Notes: generated by a model from the sequence alone, not told the origin. A stretch of 64,000 nucleotides of DNA from Candidatus Latescibacterota bacterium (GCA_965248755.1 OZ252149.1:4224001-4288000); one strand, 5' to 3'. Shown: positions 1 through 10,967, counted from the first letter of the stretch. A program made the numbers and translations.

Positions 1-43
1 ATCTTGGCTCACTTCGTTCCATCCAGTAGGGTATAGTAAACAT
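1..43 (-). CDS. 5' start of a gene running off the window (MFTIPYWMERSEPR...)
   Basis: ATG at 43 preceded by AAGGAG; frame open to the window edge. Confidence 0.35.
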   Translation of the reverse strand, partial: MFTIPYWMERSEPR

Positions 44-324
44 GATGCGACTCCTTTTGTTTTGTCTCTCCCAACAAACAATGCCGTGTAGCACTTGCTG
101 CAGGTTTGAGTTTTTCTTTGGCATTTCCTGATTCCGAATGATGCATGTGTTCAGATGTTGTTCTTCCTCCATACAATGCCTTTCATATTGATAGACAGCT
201 ATGTTCTTGTTTGCTGTCCACGTTGTTGCCAGCTTGCCCTATGGCCTCAGTCCTGGCCTAACCTCTTTGACTTTGCGAGTGTATTCTTCCAAGGTTGAGA
301 CACCTATATATATAACCTAACTCG

Positions 325-667
325 TCACCTATCGATAGCCATAAACAACGTGTTTAGTGATTCAGCCAGCGTGGGATGAGAGAACATGCCATCGCGAAGG
401 GCAGTGTAGGGCAGGTTGCCCATCATCGCCAATTGGAGCATCGACATGATCTCGCCCCCTTCGATGCCCAGAATGACAGCGCCCAGAATTTGATCGGTAT
501 CAGCATCGACGATGGCCTTCATAAAACCTCTAGTCTCGCCGACATCCATTGCTCTGAGTACCATCGCCATAGGAAGTCTGGCAACTCGAATGTTGCGTCC
601 TTGCGCGCGGGCCTCCGTCTCGGTCAGCCCAACCCGACCCAGTTGGGGATCGATGAATGTAGTATGG
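325..667 (-). pseudogene. C-terminal dimerisation domain of a pyridine nucleotide-disulfide oxidoreductase (MerA/RclA-like); N-terminus missing
   Basis: TFIDPQLGRVGLTE...GFMKAIVD...ILGA...FSHPTLAESL; no FAD/NAD-binding domains upstream. Confidence 0.75.
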
Positions 668-1035
668 CGCACCACTTCAGGAAGACTCTCGGTAAGCATT
701 GCCGTAACCGTGGTTCCCGTGAGCAGGCCGAATCTCGGCACCAAACCCGTAACCGCCCAGTCCCGAGTAATTTCGATGTCGTCAATGTGCACGAGCAGAG
801 TGTCGCCCTTCTCCGCGCCATTGACGTAGACCGGTCATGTTTGCGGGTTCAAGTACGGATATTTACAGACCTCGGAATAACCTTGCTCTTCGCGCACCAA
901 GCGATTCTCTAAGCAGTCCACACAGTGAATACGTACACGCTGCCCTGGCTCTACATCGGCAATCGCTTCATGGGCGGCCGAAAACGTATACAGATACCGT
1001 TGGTGTTGATGAATATCCAAGATTTCGTCACTCAT
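668..1035 (-). pseudogene. N-terminal fragment of an acetamidase/formamidase-family gene with an internal stop
   Basis: YTFS...VEPGQRV...LNPQT*PVYVNGAEKGDTLLVHIDDI; AAGGAG before ATG 1035; in-frame TGA at 835-837. Confidence 0.7.
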
Positions 1036-1060
1036 ACTACTGCTCCTTGCGAGTCCTTCT

Positions 1061-3565
1061 TCAGTTGTACGGCAGCAACCTGAGCGGGCTTCCGCCTTCT
1101 TCAACTCTGCGGAAAAATGTCAACTCGAGTTGGCTGGCCAGATCAGGTCTAGCCTTCAGAAGGGACAATCGATCCCGCACCAGAGGGGCGACCGGTGCGG
1201 CTTTGGCGCCGAGAGCGATGAGGTACCTGACTACATCCTTCCACGCCCCGGAATTCTCTTTGTCGCCCAGCAGCCCGACCATAGTTTTGAGGTCTGACTC
1301 CTCGCCACGAATGCAGAACAGGGCGTAGCACGTGTCAGCCAGGTGTGAGTTTTGCGGCGTGCGGTACCGTTCCAGGACCGGGACGGCCTCAGAGGCCGCC
1401 GGCCCTATCGCCGCCAGCGTGCGGGCGATCAGATTCTCATTGCCTTCGGATTCTTCGTACGCCTTCGCGAGGGTGGGAACAGCACTCGCAGCCCCCGGAC
1501 CCATGCCCGATAGCACCTGCAAGCCGACCGCCTTACGGAGGTAAAGAGGGAAAGGACCATCATAGTGGGTTCCCAGCAGAGCCAACGCGTCAGGCAGCGC
1601 GGGTGCAGCCGCCTCACCGCAGAGGAACAGCCCGAGAGCGGCCAACTGCACGACCGAGCCGCCCCCGTCTCGCAGCGCCTGGCGAAGCGGTGCGACAACA
1701 GTACGAGCATACGGCGACAGATCATCCGGTAGGTAGCCCTTCACATCTTCATCCCAGCTCGGGGGACGCGTCATGCCGGTGAGGGCGAACGTTGCGCCCA
1801 GACGCACGTAAGCATCGGGATGCGACAGAAGCGACGACACTCTCGGCGCCGCCAGATACGCATCCGGACCGATCATTTCGATTGCGCGCAATGCCGGAAT
1901 GCGAACCTCCGGATCCGCAAGCGCCTCGACCAGTGCATCCACGGCCGGGGATACCCCCGGGCCGTCCATCTCAAAGAGCGCCCACGCCGCAGCGCGACGC
2001 TCGGAGGTCTCGGCGCTTTTCAATCCCGCGATGCATTCATCCACCGACTTGCCCCGGAAGGCGGCGGCCTCGTCCTTGAGGTTCGTGACCGGCCACGGCT
2101 CAACGCGGCCGGTCGGCGCGCTCAGCTTCTCTATATAGTCGGACGCAGTTGCCAGTATCTCGTCGTATTCATCGAAGGTCAACGGTTTTCCCTCCTCGAC
2201 CAGGTGGGGATCGAACGGGGCCAGGCGGGCCCGCAGGGCCTCGAGCCATGCGGCCGCCTCCACGGCTAGGGGATCACCCTCGTTCGCCGCCGCGCAGTCC
2301 TCGACCATCTGGAGATAGCGATAGTCGTCAACGCCCTCGCGACGCGCTTCCCAGCCGGTGAGGGGCATCGGCTCGTCACTGCCGGGCAACCACCAGGCAT
2401 GGCCGTGGCGGGTTCCGTCGGTGTAGGCCCATACGACATTCCCCCCAAGCCGGTGCGCCCAGGTGTAAAGTCCCGCATAGTAACGCTGCCGAACCGGCTT
2501 GTAGCCTTCTCTCAGTATGCGATACGAATACGTCCAGACCTGCGCTCCGCGGCGCTCCGCCTCGGCCCGCATCTCGGGCGTGATATGTCCGTCATGAACG
2601 ATCCACACATCGTGGACGTCACCGTGCGCGTACGTCGCCGTGCCAGACATGCCTGTCCCCAACCGCATGGACACGTCGCGCATAGGAAGATACGTTTCCC
2701 TCAACCCGGGTGCGGGATAGGGCGGCTCATCCCAGCCGTATACGATGATCTCCGGCCATCCCTGCTCCAGGCGTTGCGCCTCCAGCCACGCCACCGCCGC
2801 TCTTCTCTGTCCTTCCTCGATGTTCGCGATATTGCCCTGTAGAATGAGACACGGCACATCCGGATGGATGAGTCCCGCCTCCTTCGCCAACCCCAGGGAC
2901 TTCGGCAGCCTGCTGCTCTTGGGTGGCGACTCGCTGAAGTCTCCCGCCCCGTAGAACGTGACTGAGTTCTGCCCGTGCACCGTCATGTCCCGATAGTCAG
3001 GAAGGGAACCCCCGCGATAGAACATGCCGAACGCGGCGCGCGGCGTCTGTAGCAGAAAGGGTCGCACCTGTACGTTGAGATCAACAACCGTCACCGGCTT
3101 GACCGCGGGTTTGATGCGGATCTTGCCCGCGTGCGGACCCTCGGATGTCTCGCGATCCGCAAGAAACGTCAGCCAGAAATTGACGCTCGTGCCCCTGGGA
3201 AGGTCGGCTACGACATCACCCCGCTGCAGATAGACTTCTCCGAGTATCGTGCTCAGCCACGGCATGTCCGTTTCAGCTAGTTTCTGATTGACGCCAGGGT
3301 CGATGCGATGATAAACGGTTACCTCGAGGTCCGATTCCACCTCGATCCGGACGTCCTTGACGCCGTCCGAGATCGCGTGCACGCCGAACTGAATAGACTC
3401 GTACTCATTCCTGGCTAAGGCGCATGAAAGTTTCTTCACAACGTCGCCCGGCGCGGGTACGTGCGAAGGCGGCAGGTTCTTCAGCGTGCTGTAATTAAAG
3501 ACAACGTAACCCTTGTCTCGATCCAGTTTCATCCACTCCACGGGCGCACCTGAATTATCCTTCAT
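1061..3565 (-). CDS. GH123/DUF4091-like putative glycoside hydrolase with C-terminal HEAT (PBS-lyase-like) repeats
   Basis: 834-aa ORF; ARNEYESIQF, GWDEP, WEARREGVDDYRY; repeated ALxxIGPxAxxAVPxL units. Confidence 0.6.
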   Translation of the reverse strand: MKDNSGAPVEWMKLDRDKGYVVFNYSTLKNLPPSHVPAPGDVVKKLSCALARNEYESIQFGVHAISDGVKDVRIEVESDLEVTVYHRIDPGVNQKLAETDMPWLSTILGEVYLQRGDVVADLPRGTSVNFWLTFLADRETSEGPHAGKIRIKPAVKPVTVVDLNVQVRPFLLQTPRAAFGMFYRGGSLPDYRDMTVHGQNSVTFYGAGDFSESPPKSSRLPKSLGLAKEAGLIHPDVPCLILQGNIANIEEGQRRAAVAWLEAQRLEQGWPEIIVYGWDEPPYPAPGLRETYLPMRDVSMRLGTGMSGTATYAHGDVHDVWIVHDGHITPEMRAEAERRGAQVWTYSYRILREGYKPVRQRYYAGLYTWAHRLGGNVVWAYTDGTRHGHAWWLPGSDEPMPLTGWEARREGVDDYRYLQMVEDCAAANEGDPLAVEAAAWLEALRARLAPFDPHLVEEGKPLTFDEYDEILATASDYIEKLSAPTGRVEPWPVTNLKDEAAAFRGKSVDECIAGLKSAETSERRAAAWALFEMDGPGVSPAVDALVEALADPEVRIPALRAIEMIGPDAYLAAPRVSSLLSHPDAYVRLGATFALTGMTRPPSWDEDVKGYLPDDLSPYARTVVAPLRQALRDGGGSVVQLAALGLFLCGEAAAPALPDALALLGTHYDGPFPLYLRKAVGLQVLSGMGPGAASAVPTLAKAYEESEGNENLIARTLAAIGPAASEAVPVLERYRTPQNSHLADTCYALFCIRGEESDLKTMVGLLGDKENSGAWKDVVRYLIALGAKAAPVAPLVRDRLSLLKARPDLASQLELTFFRRVEEGGSPLRLLPYN

Positions 3566-3801
3566 GTTAGCTTCCCCCTCTTAGTTGGCATTGAGAACCG
3601 TTAATCCAACGGCCAGTAATGTATAGGCAATTATGCTGCGTTTTCTCATGTTCCATCTCCTTTCAGCGAGTTAGGATCCGTTTTGTCGGCACGTTGCGAC
3701 CGGCCAATTCACTTCCCCACCGAAAAGACCCTTTATCTTTCCTATACCTTTTACCAGGTCCTACAAGCGACAATGTCTAGCGACATGGAAGTTCTCTTGC
3801 T

Positions 3802-4197
3802 TCACCGCAACAGCAATCTGAGAGGCGGCGCCCCTTCCTCCACTCTCTTGAAGAAAACGTCCTCGATGTAGCGCCTTAGCGAAGGATCGGTATCCAGAAG
3901 TGGTAGCCGTTCCCTGACCAGGGGGACAACCGACGCGGCCTCGCTGCCCAGGGCCGAGAGGAACCTGGCGGCATCCCGCCACCAGTCAGGTATTCCCGTC
4001 GTATCCGTTCCCTCCGCTACCTCAAATCGAATACCCTTGTTCCCTTCATATTGTCTTGTGTGGATAACGTCACCAAAAATAATCGGCTCTGGGATGCCTT
4101 CAGAAAAAGCCTCGCAACCCAAAATATCATTATCCCAAATATACTGAGGCATGTAATATCGACATACCACACAGATTGGAGCCACTCCAATGGTCAC
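3802..4197 (-). pseudogene. Chimeric ORF: phage-like CxxC/CEAF-GIP N-terminus fused to the tail of a paralog of the 1061-3565 protein
   Basis: C-terminal FFKRVEEGAPPLRLL matches FFRRVEEGGSPLRLL at the end of 1061-3565; GC shift near 3985. Confidence 0.55.
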
Positions 4198-4504
4198 TTT
4201 GCACCAATCCTCTTTTTAGCTTGAGTATTTCTTCCTTGGCTTTTTTCTGTGCCTTCGGCGTTAGTTCAGCAATATATTTAACAACAAGAAGTATCTATCC
4301 AAACACTGTTTTTCATAATATCCAACAATTCTTTGTGGTGTCTAACGTAAGGAAGACTCTTAATTGCACATAGCGAAGGCTTCACCAATGTCTGATATTT
4401 ACGTGGGTCTGAGAAAAAACCCAAGACAGACTTACACTATGAACGCAAAATGTACACCACATTTATATGGAGGAACTTCAGATGGAGATTAACTAAAGGA
4501 AATA

Positions 4505-4834
4505 TTATAAGGAGGAGAACGGCGGAGAGCGACTGCGGAGAAGTAAAAGGAAAGGATAGGATATGCGCGGACAGAAAAGCGGAATGAGGCTTATCAGAAA
4601 AGCTGTCGGATAAATCAGGACCGCAGACGAACGCACACACACCGGAATGTGAGTCAAGATGCATAAAGGACAGTTGATCTCATCCAGATAATTTGTCCCA
4701 TATGGATGTACATGCCCCCAGGCTTCTGTCCCATATGCATGAACGTGACCCCAGGCTATGAAGAACAACAATAGAAGAACCAGGGCTATAAGAGGCGCGA
4801 AAATTGAACCGAAACTATGTCTGGTATTGTTCAC
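4505..4834 (-). CDS. Small DUF2946-like protein (hydrophobic N-terminus, His-rich, CPLC, RSPP near the end)
   Basis: LIALVLLLLFF; AWGHVHxYGT twice; CPLC; RSRSPP. Confidence 0.55.
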   Translation of the reverse strand: MNNTRHSFGSIFAPLIALVLLLLFFIAWGHVHAYGTEAWGHVHPYGTNYLDEINCPLCILTHIPVCVRSSAVLIYPTAFLISLIPLFCPRISYPFLLLLRSRSPPFSSL

Positions 4835-5028
4835 TGTAACGTACCCCGCTTAAAATCCCGGTCAAGTATGGGTTTTCTTTGTAGTAAATATGTTAAATGA
4901 CAATGCCAAGGTCAAGCTCTTTTTGAAGCTTACATAAAAACAGCGAGGGCCAGAGCAACAAGATTTGGAAAGAATGTATAACAGGGCGGACAGAAGGAGG
5001 GCTAAATAATACTTACATTTTGCGACGT

Positions 5029-5792
5029 TTACAGGGAGTTAACGCTGCTTTTCAAAGCTATGAGATTCTGAACGGCGTTTTCGTAGTTAGGATCTAATCT
5101 TAAGGCGGCTCTGTAGCTGGATAGAGCCGATTCGTACTGTCCCATCTGCGCATAGCAGGAGCCGAGATTGGTAAGAACTTGGGGGTCAGCATTGCCACTC
5201 TCACAGTTGTTACGGTGGAGGAATCTTTCGTAAAGCCCTGCGGCTGTTTCGTAATCTGCAATGTTCACGCTTATGTCTCCGAGCTTCCTGATGGCTTTAA
5301 GTGACATGTCTTCGACAAGTTTTGTCCTTTCGACGATGCTTTTGACCTTGTCCCTTCTATCTTGAGCGATATATACCTGGGCCAGATTCAAAAGGGCTTC
5401 CGGCCAGTCAGGCTTGTACCTCAGGGCAGCATTTAACTCCTCTAGAGCCTTATCGAGTTTGCCCTTGAGAAGATATACATACCCAAGTCCATTGTGAGCC
5501 TCAGAATATGTGGGGTCTATCTCTGAGGAAGCTTTGTATGCCCGTTCGGCTTCCTCCAAAAAGGTCAGCGATTTTGAGGAAGAGTGGTGCGACCATAGTG
5601 AAAGGTAGCAGTATCCGATCAAAGAGTAGGCGATTGCATGGTCTTCTATGGTGTTGACTATGAGAAAGTTGAGCTTTGGGCTATCAACCCATTCTTGCCT
5701 TTTTGCAAGATAGGTCTGTAGAACTTGGATGGACTTTTCGTGTTCCCTTGTTTGGAGATAGACCTGTCCCAATGTAAGAAGGACGTCTATAT
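5029..5792 (-). pseudogene. TPR-repeat protein, 5' part lost at the IS1380 junction
   Basis: Multiple TPR motifs (EAHNGLGYVY, VLTNLGSCYAQMG); the ORF-track start lies inside the IS end. Confidence 0.7.
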
Positions 5793-7418
5793 CCGACATT
5801 CCCCATATCACATTCATGAGGGATTATATTTCGATACATTCTTGTTTCTGAATTAATATTACCACTTTTACATTTTTCAACAAGTACTTTTTTCAATTAA
5901 AATAGTATTTTCCTCTGAATTATCACTTTCTTTGTGTTTAAATCCTCCAATTAGAGACACCTCTCCATCGACTCACAAAAAAATGTGGCAGTTTAAACAG
6001 AATAACATCGCAATCGTTCAATCCGGGATAATATTTCGGCAAATAACCTCTTGTCTATCCCAACCTCAGCCATTTGAAACGTAATATATCCGCTGTGTCT
6101 GACAATCTTCGCTCCGATTTTGATAAATTTCACGAGGAGGCTGCGTAGTGACCAGTGTTTGATTTTCTTCGGAAGAACAAAACGTCGCAGGAAGTTGCCC
6201 AAGTTGTAAGCCAGAACAAACAGCCAGAGCCTCACCTGATTGGAGACGAAACGCTTGCATGAGAGTCGGGTCCAGTTCAGAGCATACTTGCCCTCCTTAA
6301 TCCACTGCTCAGCTCTGCCACGGCCATTGTAGAAGTGTACCACGCCTTCTGGCTTGGCGCTCATGTTGGTCACGATAAATCCCACTCTTGGGAATAACTC
6401 CCCTTGGTGCCATTCAACCTTGGCGACCACTCGCCTCGATTGATCCCAACTGGCCGCTTTATATTGAAATTCATATAACGATACAATCGGTTTCCTCGGC
6501 GGTCGTCCAACTGGCCGAGTCAGCAGGTATCGTATCTTTTCATAGAGTATCTCATTTGCGGGAAGCCGAATGGCATACAAATAGCCGTTTCCCTCCAGAT
6601 AATCATAAATCTCAGGCTTTGCGAATGCAGCATCGCCTCGAAAGTATTTCCTATTCTTCTTGCTCTCGTATCTCTTGACGATCGGTTCCAGAACTTCCTT
6701 CCAACGATCAGCACTGTGAACATTACCAGAGCGAAGTAGGACTCCTTCACAATCCCCGAACTGATTGAAGCAGAACACTGGATGAAAACAGGTACATCCG
6801 AAATGACCGTTGTAAGCTGATCCTTCCTGCTGGCCATGTACCGGACTCTCCGAACTGTCCATGTCCAGAATGATTCGTTGATGCTGTGTTTTACTCATCG
6901 CTTTTTGAACCCACTTGCCATTGATATCTGACAAGTTTCTGAGATTGTCATGCTGAGTCAGTATATCAGTTTCAAAACGTCCTATCGTGTTGGAGCTGGC
7001 AGCTTGCCTGCCTTTGTCCTTCTTTCCGGTAATCGCTCGCATGACGGGATCAACGGATAATCGCTCGGCGTCATTTACATCTTCATATCCTGCAAGACGG
7101 CTGTATATCGATTGACGCAGGAGAGTAGATATATCATGTTGGATATTACGGCCTGTGCGTTTATCGGTAAAAACCGCTGATACCGAATCAAATAATCCCA
7201 GTGCGTAATCAAGGTCACGATACGCAAGAAGTCCACCGTTTGATGTCACCTTTGCACCATGAAATTCAAGCTTTATTCCTCCATCAAAACCTACTTTCAT
7301 TCTTTCACCCTCTGGATGATCAATATTTATCCGCCATTTATGAGTCTTATTTATTGTAATATAACATGTTCTGGCGACTTTGACAACCATTTTTCGGGTC
7401 TAATATGGCGAATGGGGG
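5793..7418 (-). mobile_element. IS1380-family insertion sequence, full length
   Basis: Imperfect 16-bp terminal IRs CCGACATTCCCCATAT / CCCCCATTCGCCATAT; paralogous copy at 40478-41748; no TSD seen. Confidence 0.85.
5993..7390 (-). CDS. IS1380-family DDE transposase (true start probably near 7300)
   Basis: TSNGGLL, GYEDVND, LDMDSS, FRGDAAF, YNGRGRAEQWIKEGK. Confidence 0.9.
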   Translation of the reverse strand: MVVKVARTCYITINKTHKWRINIDHPEGERMKVGFDGGIKLEFHGAKVTSNGGLLAYRDLDYALGLFDSVSAVFTDKRTGRNIQHDISTLLRQSIYSRLAGYEDVNDAERLSVDPVMRAITGKKDKGRQAASSNTIGRFETDILTQHDNLRNLSDINGKWVQKAMSKTQHQRIILDMDSSESPVHGQQEGSAYNGHFGCTCFHPVFCFNQFGDCEGVLLRSGNVHSADRWKEVLEPIVKRYESKKNRKYFRGDAAFAKPEIYDYLEGNGYLYAIRLPANEILYEKIRYLLTRPVGRPPRKPIVSLYEFQYKAASWDQSRRVVAKVEWHQGELFPRVGFIVTNMSAKPEGVVHFYNGRGRAEQWIKEGKYALNWTRLSCKRFVSNQVRLWLFVLAYNLGNFLRRFVLPKKIKHWSLRSLLVKFIKIGAKIVRHSGYITFQMAEVGIDKRLFAEILSRIERLRCYSV

Positions 7419-7473
7419 TTAATATCTCCTGTGCCATGATACTGTGCAGCGAAACTCTCCGCCCAGCTTTCCC

Positions 7474-8310
7474 TTATGGGGTCTGGTCCTGCAATTCATA
7501 GAGTGACACGAGCTTACTCTCATACTGGGGAATTGGGAATTCGTCCATCGTGAGACGGGCCACAGGGGAGCGCTGACCGCGTACCAGTCGGACGTGCTCT
7601 TCGACAAACCCCGTTATCTCACCACAATAGATCAGGTATGCATCTGCGGCCCGGTAACTCAGAATGAGTGTCCGACGCGGCTCTTTTGACGTGTTCGTGA
7701 CAGAGGCGTGCGGGGTCATACAGCTCATAAAGATGGCCGAGCCCACTTCGCCTTCTAGCGGCACCGCCTGCGTCGCGTCCACCGGCTCTGTTACCTTTCC
7801 GCGGAAAAGCCCGTCAGAGCTATGCTCCATCAAGGATGTCTGATGGCGACGTGGGATCACCTGCAGGCAGCCGTTTTGCACGGTGGCGTCATCCAGGTAG
7901 AAGAGGATAGAGACGGAGTCCCGGTTCGTAAGGGGGTAGTAGGAGAGATCCTGATGCCATTCAACGGGTGATCCGATCCCGGCAGGCTTCATGTTAATTT
8001 TGCTGTAATGGAAAAGGATATTCGAGCCGAGTAACTGCTCCACACAATCCAGTAATCGGTCCGATTCGGAGAACTCCCGGAAGCGCTCGTAGTAAGTGCA
8101 GGGCTCGTTGATACGCCGGACCAGGGTCCCATCCGGGGCCTGCTTCGGCTCCATCTCCAGACGCGTGTTGTCGTGATGTGCAAGCGTATTGTCCGCGGTG
8201 ATGGCCTCCATCTCGGCGTGAAAAGCCGCGACCTCGTCCCCGGACAGGAATCCCGGATAGACGCTGTACCCCTCGCGGTGGTAGTGTTCGACCTGTTGTG
8301 GTGATAGCAT
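7474..8310 (-). CDS. Phytanoyl-CoA dioxygenase (PhyH)-family Fe/2OG oxygenase
   Basis: WHQD, NGCLQVIP, PHAS, RR motif; ATG 8310 with GGAGG. Confidence 0.85.
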   Translation of the reverse strand: MLSPQQVEHYHREGYSVYPGFLSGDEVAAFHAEMEAITADNTLAHHDNTRLEMEPKQAPDGTLVRRINEPCTYYERFREFSESDRLLDCVEQLLGSNILFHYSKINMKPAGIGSPVEWHQDLSYYPLTNRDSVSILFYLDDATVQNGCLQVIPRRHQTSLMEHSSDGLFRGKVTEPVDATQAVPLEGEVGSAIFMSCMTPHASVTNTSKEPRRTLILSYRAADAYLIYCGEITGFVEEHVRLVRGQRSPVARLTMDEFPIPQYESKLVSLYELQDQTP

Positions 8311-8424
8311 GGTTATGCCCTCCGGTTGCAGTAAGATTACTCGCCCAAAAGACACAATTCACCTATACCGCTTCTCGAACAAACGGACAGTGCTCTGCAC
8401 GGTCAGACAGCCCAGTCTGACCCG

Positions 8425-8664
8425 CTACTCAAAGCTCCCGTACATGCCAAACTCGGTCCCGAATGCCAGTCCGTAGGTGCGCGACACCATCACAGACGCC
8501 GTGTTCTGATTAACCAGATCGCTGAGCTTGGTGGGCTCGCCGACGGTGCTCTTCAGAATCTCGGTCTCTTCCTCTGCCGCAGACTTTTCGGCACAACCAG
8601 CATAAGGCAGAATGGCCGCAAGGCAAAACATAATACTTATTACACTAAGCCAATCCCATTCCAT
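8425..8664 (-). CDS. Short protein with a signal-like N-terminus, probably a truncated secreted protein
   Basis: AAGGA before ATG; hydrophobic segment ending AGC. Confidence 0.35.
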   Translation of the reverse strand: MEWDWLSVISIMFCLAAILPYAGCAEKSAAEEETEILKSTVGEPTKLSDLVNQNTASVMVSRTYGLAFGTEFGMYGSFE

Positions 8665-8979
8665 ATCGATTCCTTTCAGACTTGAAAATTAGGACAATAA
8701 ATATATATCACACTCACATACGAATTGCCCGGGGTAGAAAATCGTCACCTGTCTACTTTACAGTAGAGATTTTCTCCAGGCATAGAAAGGTTCGCCTTCT
8801 CTCAGGCCATAGATCCATTGAAAAACCCCCGGTATCGTTAGTATTTTGTTGCCGTCTCCACCTTCTCCACGAGGAGCGTGTATGCCTTGGCGTAAAGTCG
8901 GTATGGCAACGCATATCCCCACAGGTCATGCCGGGATATACCTCCACCAACAGAACCGGCTGTTGTGCAGCATACCGGC

Positions 8980-10215
8980 CTATTCTTGCGGCAAACGCCA
9001 GCGAACCACTTCACAATTGAAGAGTTTGTCCGGTGTCGGCGGGTCCGGTGGCCAGCCGTCAGGTCGCCAATACGAATAGCTGGTTACCAGTGTACCATCG
9101 TCGAGCTCGACGGTGTTGCCGAAACCTCCACCCGAGCAGCGGCCGATGGGAGTTCTGATGTCAACCATGAAGACGTCGTGCTCAAAATCGAATTCAAAGC
9201 CGTCTTCGCTTTCACGGCCGAGTACCGCACGGACGCCGAGGGGAGGATCGATCGAGCGCTGAGTATAAGTAAACAGCAGCCGTCCATCCCTCAACCGCAG
9301 AATGGAATGAAACATGCGGCCGTAGTCGCCCAAATCCGCACCGGCCTGCCACGTATGGCCCTGGTCGGTGGAGAAGAAAGCTTTCAGTCTATGGAACTGG
9401 TCGAAGTTAAGTTCGGAAATACTCTGAGCAGGGGGCTCACTGTAGTGAAGCATGGTGATGGCAGCGTTGCCGAGTTCTTGGGGGGTCAGCACCCGCCCCG
9501 GAAGGGCATAGAACCGATGATCAACCCTGGCTATGGCGTAAATCTTCCCGGAACGCGCCTGCCAGAGCACTGCTTCGGCAAATATGGACCCTGGATAGCG
9601 TTCCGGTACCCCTTCTACTTCTATCGGGTAGCAGTCCGGCCACGTCCGACCCCCATCGTAGCTCCGGGCTACGTATTCGTCCCCGTATTGAGCATGGAGA
9701 GGAGGATTCTGTTCTTTTGGTATATCCACGATCTGCAGCAACGAACCGTCTTCCAACTGCAGTATATTTCGCGAACAGTTGTTCCCTCTGACCCTGCGCG
9801 AGTTGTTCCCCCTGACCCTGGTGGCAAATTCCGGAGGCAAGTGGTATTCCGACCAGGTGTGTCCATTGTCCTCAGAACGGTACCCCCACGGGCCTCCCGT
9901 GACCAACAGGGTTCCGTCTCGCATTTGAGATAAATAGGGCTCTTCGCCGTCCGGCAGGTTGGTAGTGTGACGCCCTCCCTCCCAGGTCCGACCGCCGTCG
10001 TGCGAACGATACAGATAGATGGGTAGCCCCGCTGTCACATCAAGAAGGTAGCACAATAGCAGCAACTCGTTTCCACCCAGGTATGCGATATTAGGCTTGT
10101 ATTCAAGCTTTTGGCCTACCGGAACCCGTTCGGCTTGCAGCTTTTCTACCGTTAGCTTGCGCGGGTTTCGAATGGCAATGAAGTCCTGAAAGGGCTCCTG
10201 TGGTGAGTTATTCAT
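8980..10215 (-). CDS. BNR/Asp-box (sialidase-like) beta-propeller protein
   Basis: SHDGGRTW, SEDNGHTW, SYDGGRTW, STDQGHTW; internal 24-bp duplication (RVRGNN twice). Confidence 0.75.
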   Translation of the reverse strand: MNNSPQEPFQDFIAIRNPRKLTVEKLQAERVPVGQKLEYKPNIAYLGGNELLLLCYLLDVTAGLPIYLYRSHDGGRTWEGGRHTTNLPDGEEPYLSQMRDGTLLVTGGPWGYRSEDNGHTWSEYHLPPEFATRVRGNNSRRVRGNNCSRNILQLEDGSLLQIVDIPKEQNPPLHAQYGDEYVARSYDGGRTWPDCYPIEVEGVPERYPGSIFAEAVLWQARSGKIYAIARVDHRFYALPGRVLTPQELGNAAITMLHYSEPPAQSISELNFDQFHRLKAFFSTDQGHTWQAGADLGDYGRMFHSILRLRDGRLLFTYTQRSIDPPLGVRAVLGRESEDGFEFDFEHDVFMVDIRTPIGRCSGGGFGNTVELDDGTLVTSYSYWRPDGWPPDPPTPDKLFNCEVVRWRLPQE

Positions 10216-10967
10216 CTCTGTCTTCTCCTTTCGATGGTTTTCTCTTTACGTGGTTGTTAAAGGTGACATTCTAAGCAAAAGGACAATTTCAACAAAGTTG
10301 CCTTGCCAGAGATATTCCACGCATCTTCAGTCACAGTTCTGCAATCTTGGAGTTCGTAATCATACTCGTCAGTGTTCGTCAATGCAGGAAGAAAGACATA
10401 AAGGTACAGATCAATTTGGTGGGAAGATACAGAATAAGACAGTGGATGTCAATAGGAATTGTGGAGTGGATCGTCAGGCTCTCAACGAACTATTACTCTG
10501 GACGGCGGGCTCATACTTTTTTAAGAAAGTTGCCGGTGTCCATATAGTGTCCAAAATATGTCAAAACAGATGGAAACAGATGGAAAGAGATAATAATAGA
10601 TAACAGTAGATAGCGATATCCAATTTCTGTAAAATTAAGCACGTAACCTGTATCCTATTGTATTGCAATATCTTACACAAAAGGGTATGAATAATAATAC
10701 ATAATAATTGGCCGTCATTTCCCGATATACACACAAAATTTCCAGACATGGTTCCACTAATCTAAAACCCCTTTGATACCAGTAGCCTCGAGTAGTACTG
10801 CCCCACACAAAATACGTACAGGGAAACGGAATTTCATGAAATCTCCATATCAGTATTACGACCACTTCCGTAGCGGAGTATGCCGACCACTTCTGGACTG
10901 CTTTTGAGCCGAGCGATGAGATCTTCCAGATCCTGAAACATTGAATTTTTATATCCCTCATATAGAG

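Noticed and set aside
8965..9933. 322-aa plus-strand ORF and the many other antisense ORFs
   Set aside because: They shadow well-supported genes on the opposite strand and have no recognisable motifs
10250..10961. Short ORFs here and at 26524-26757 and 37330-37748
   Set aside because: No recognisable family; they look like gene debris and cannot be supported
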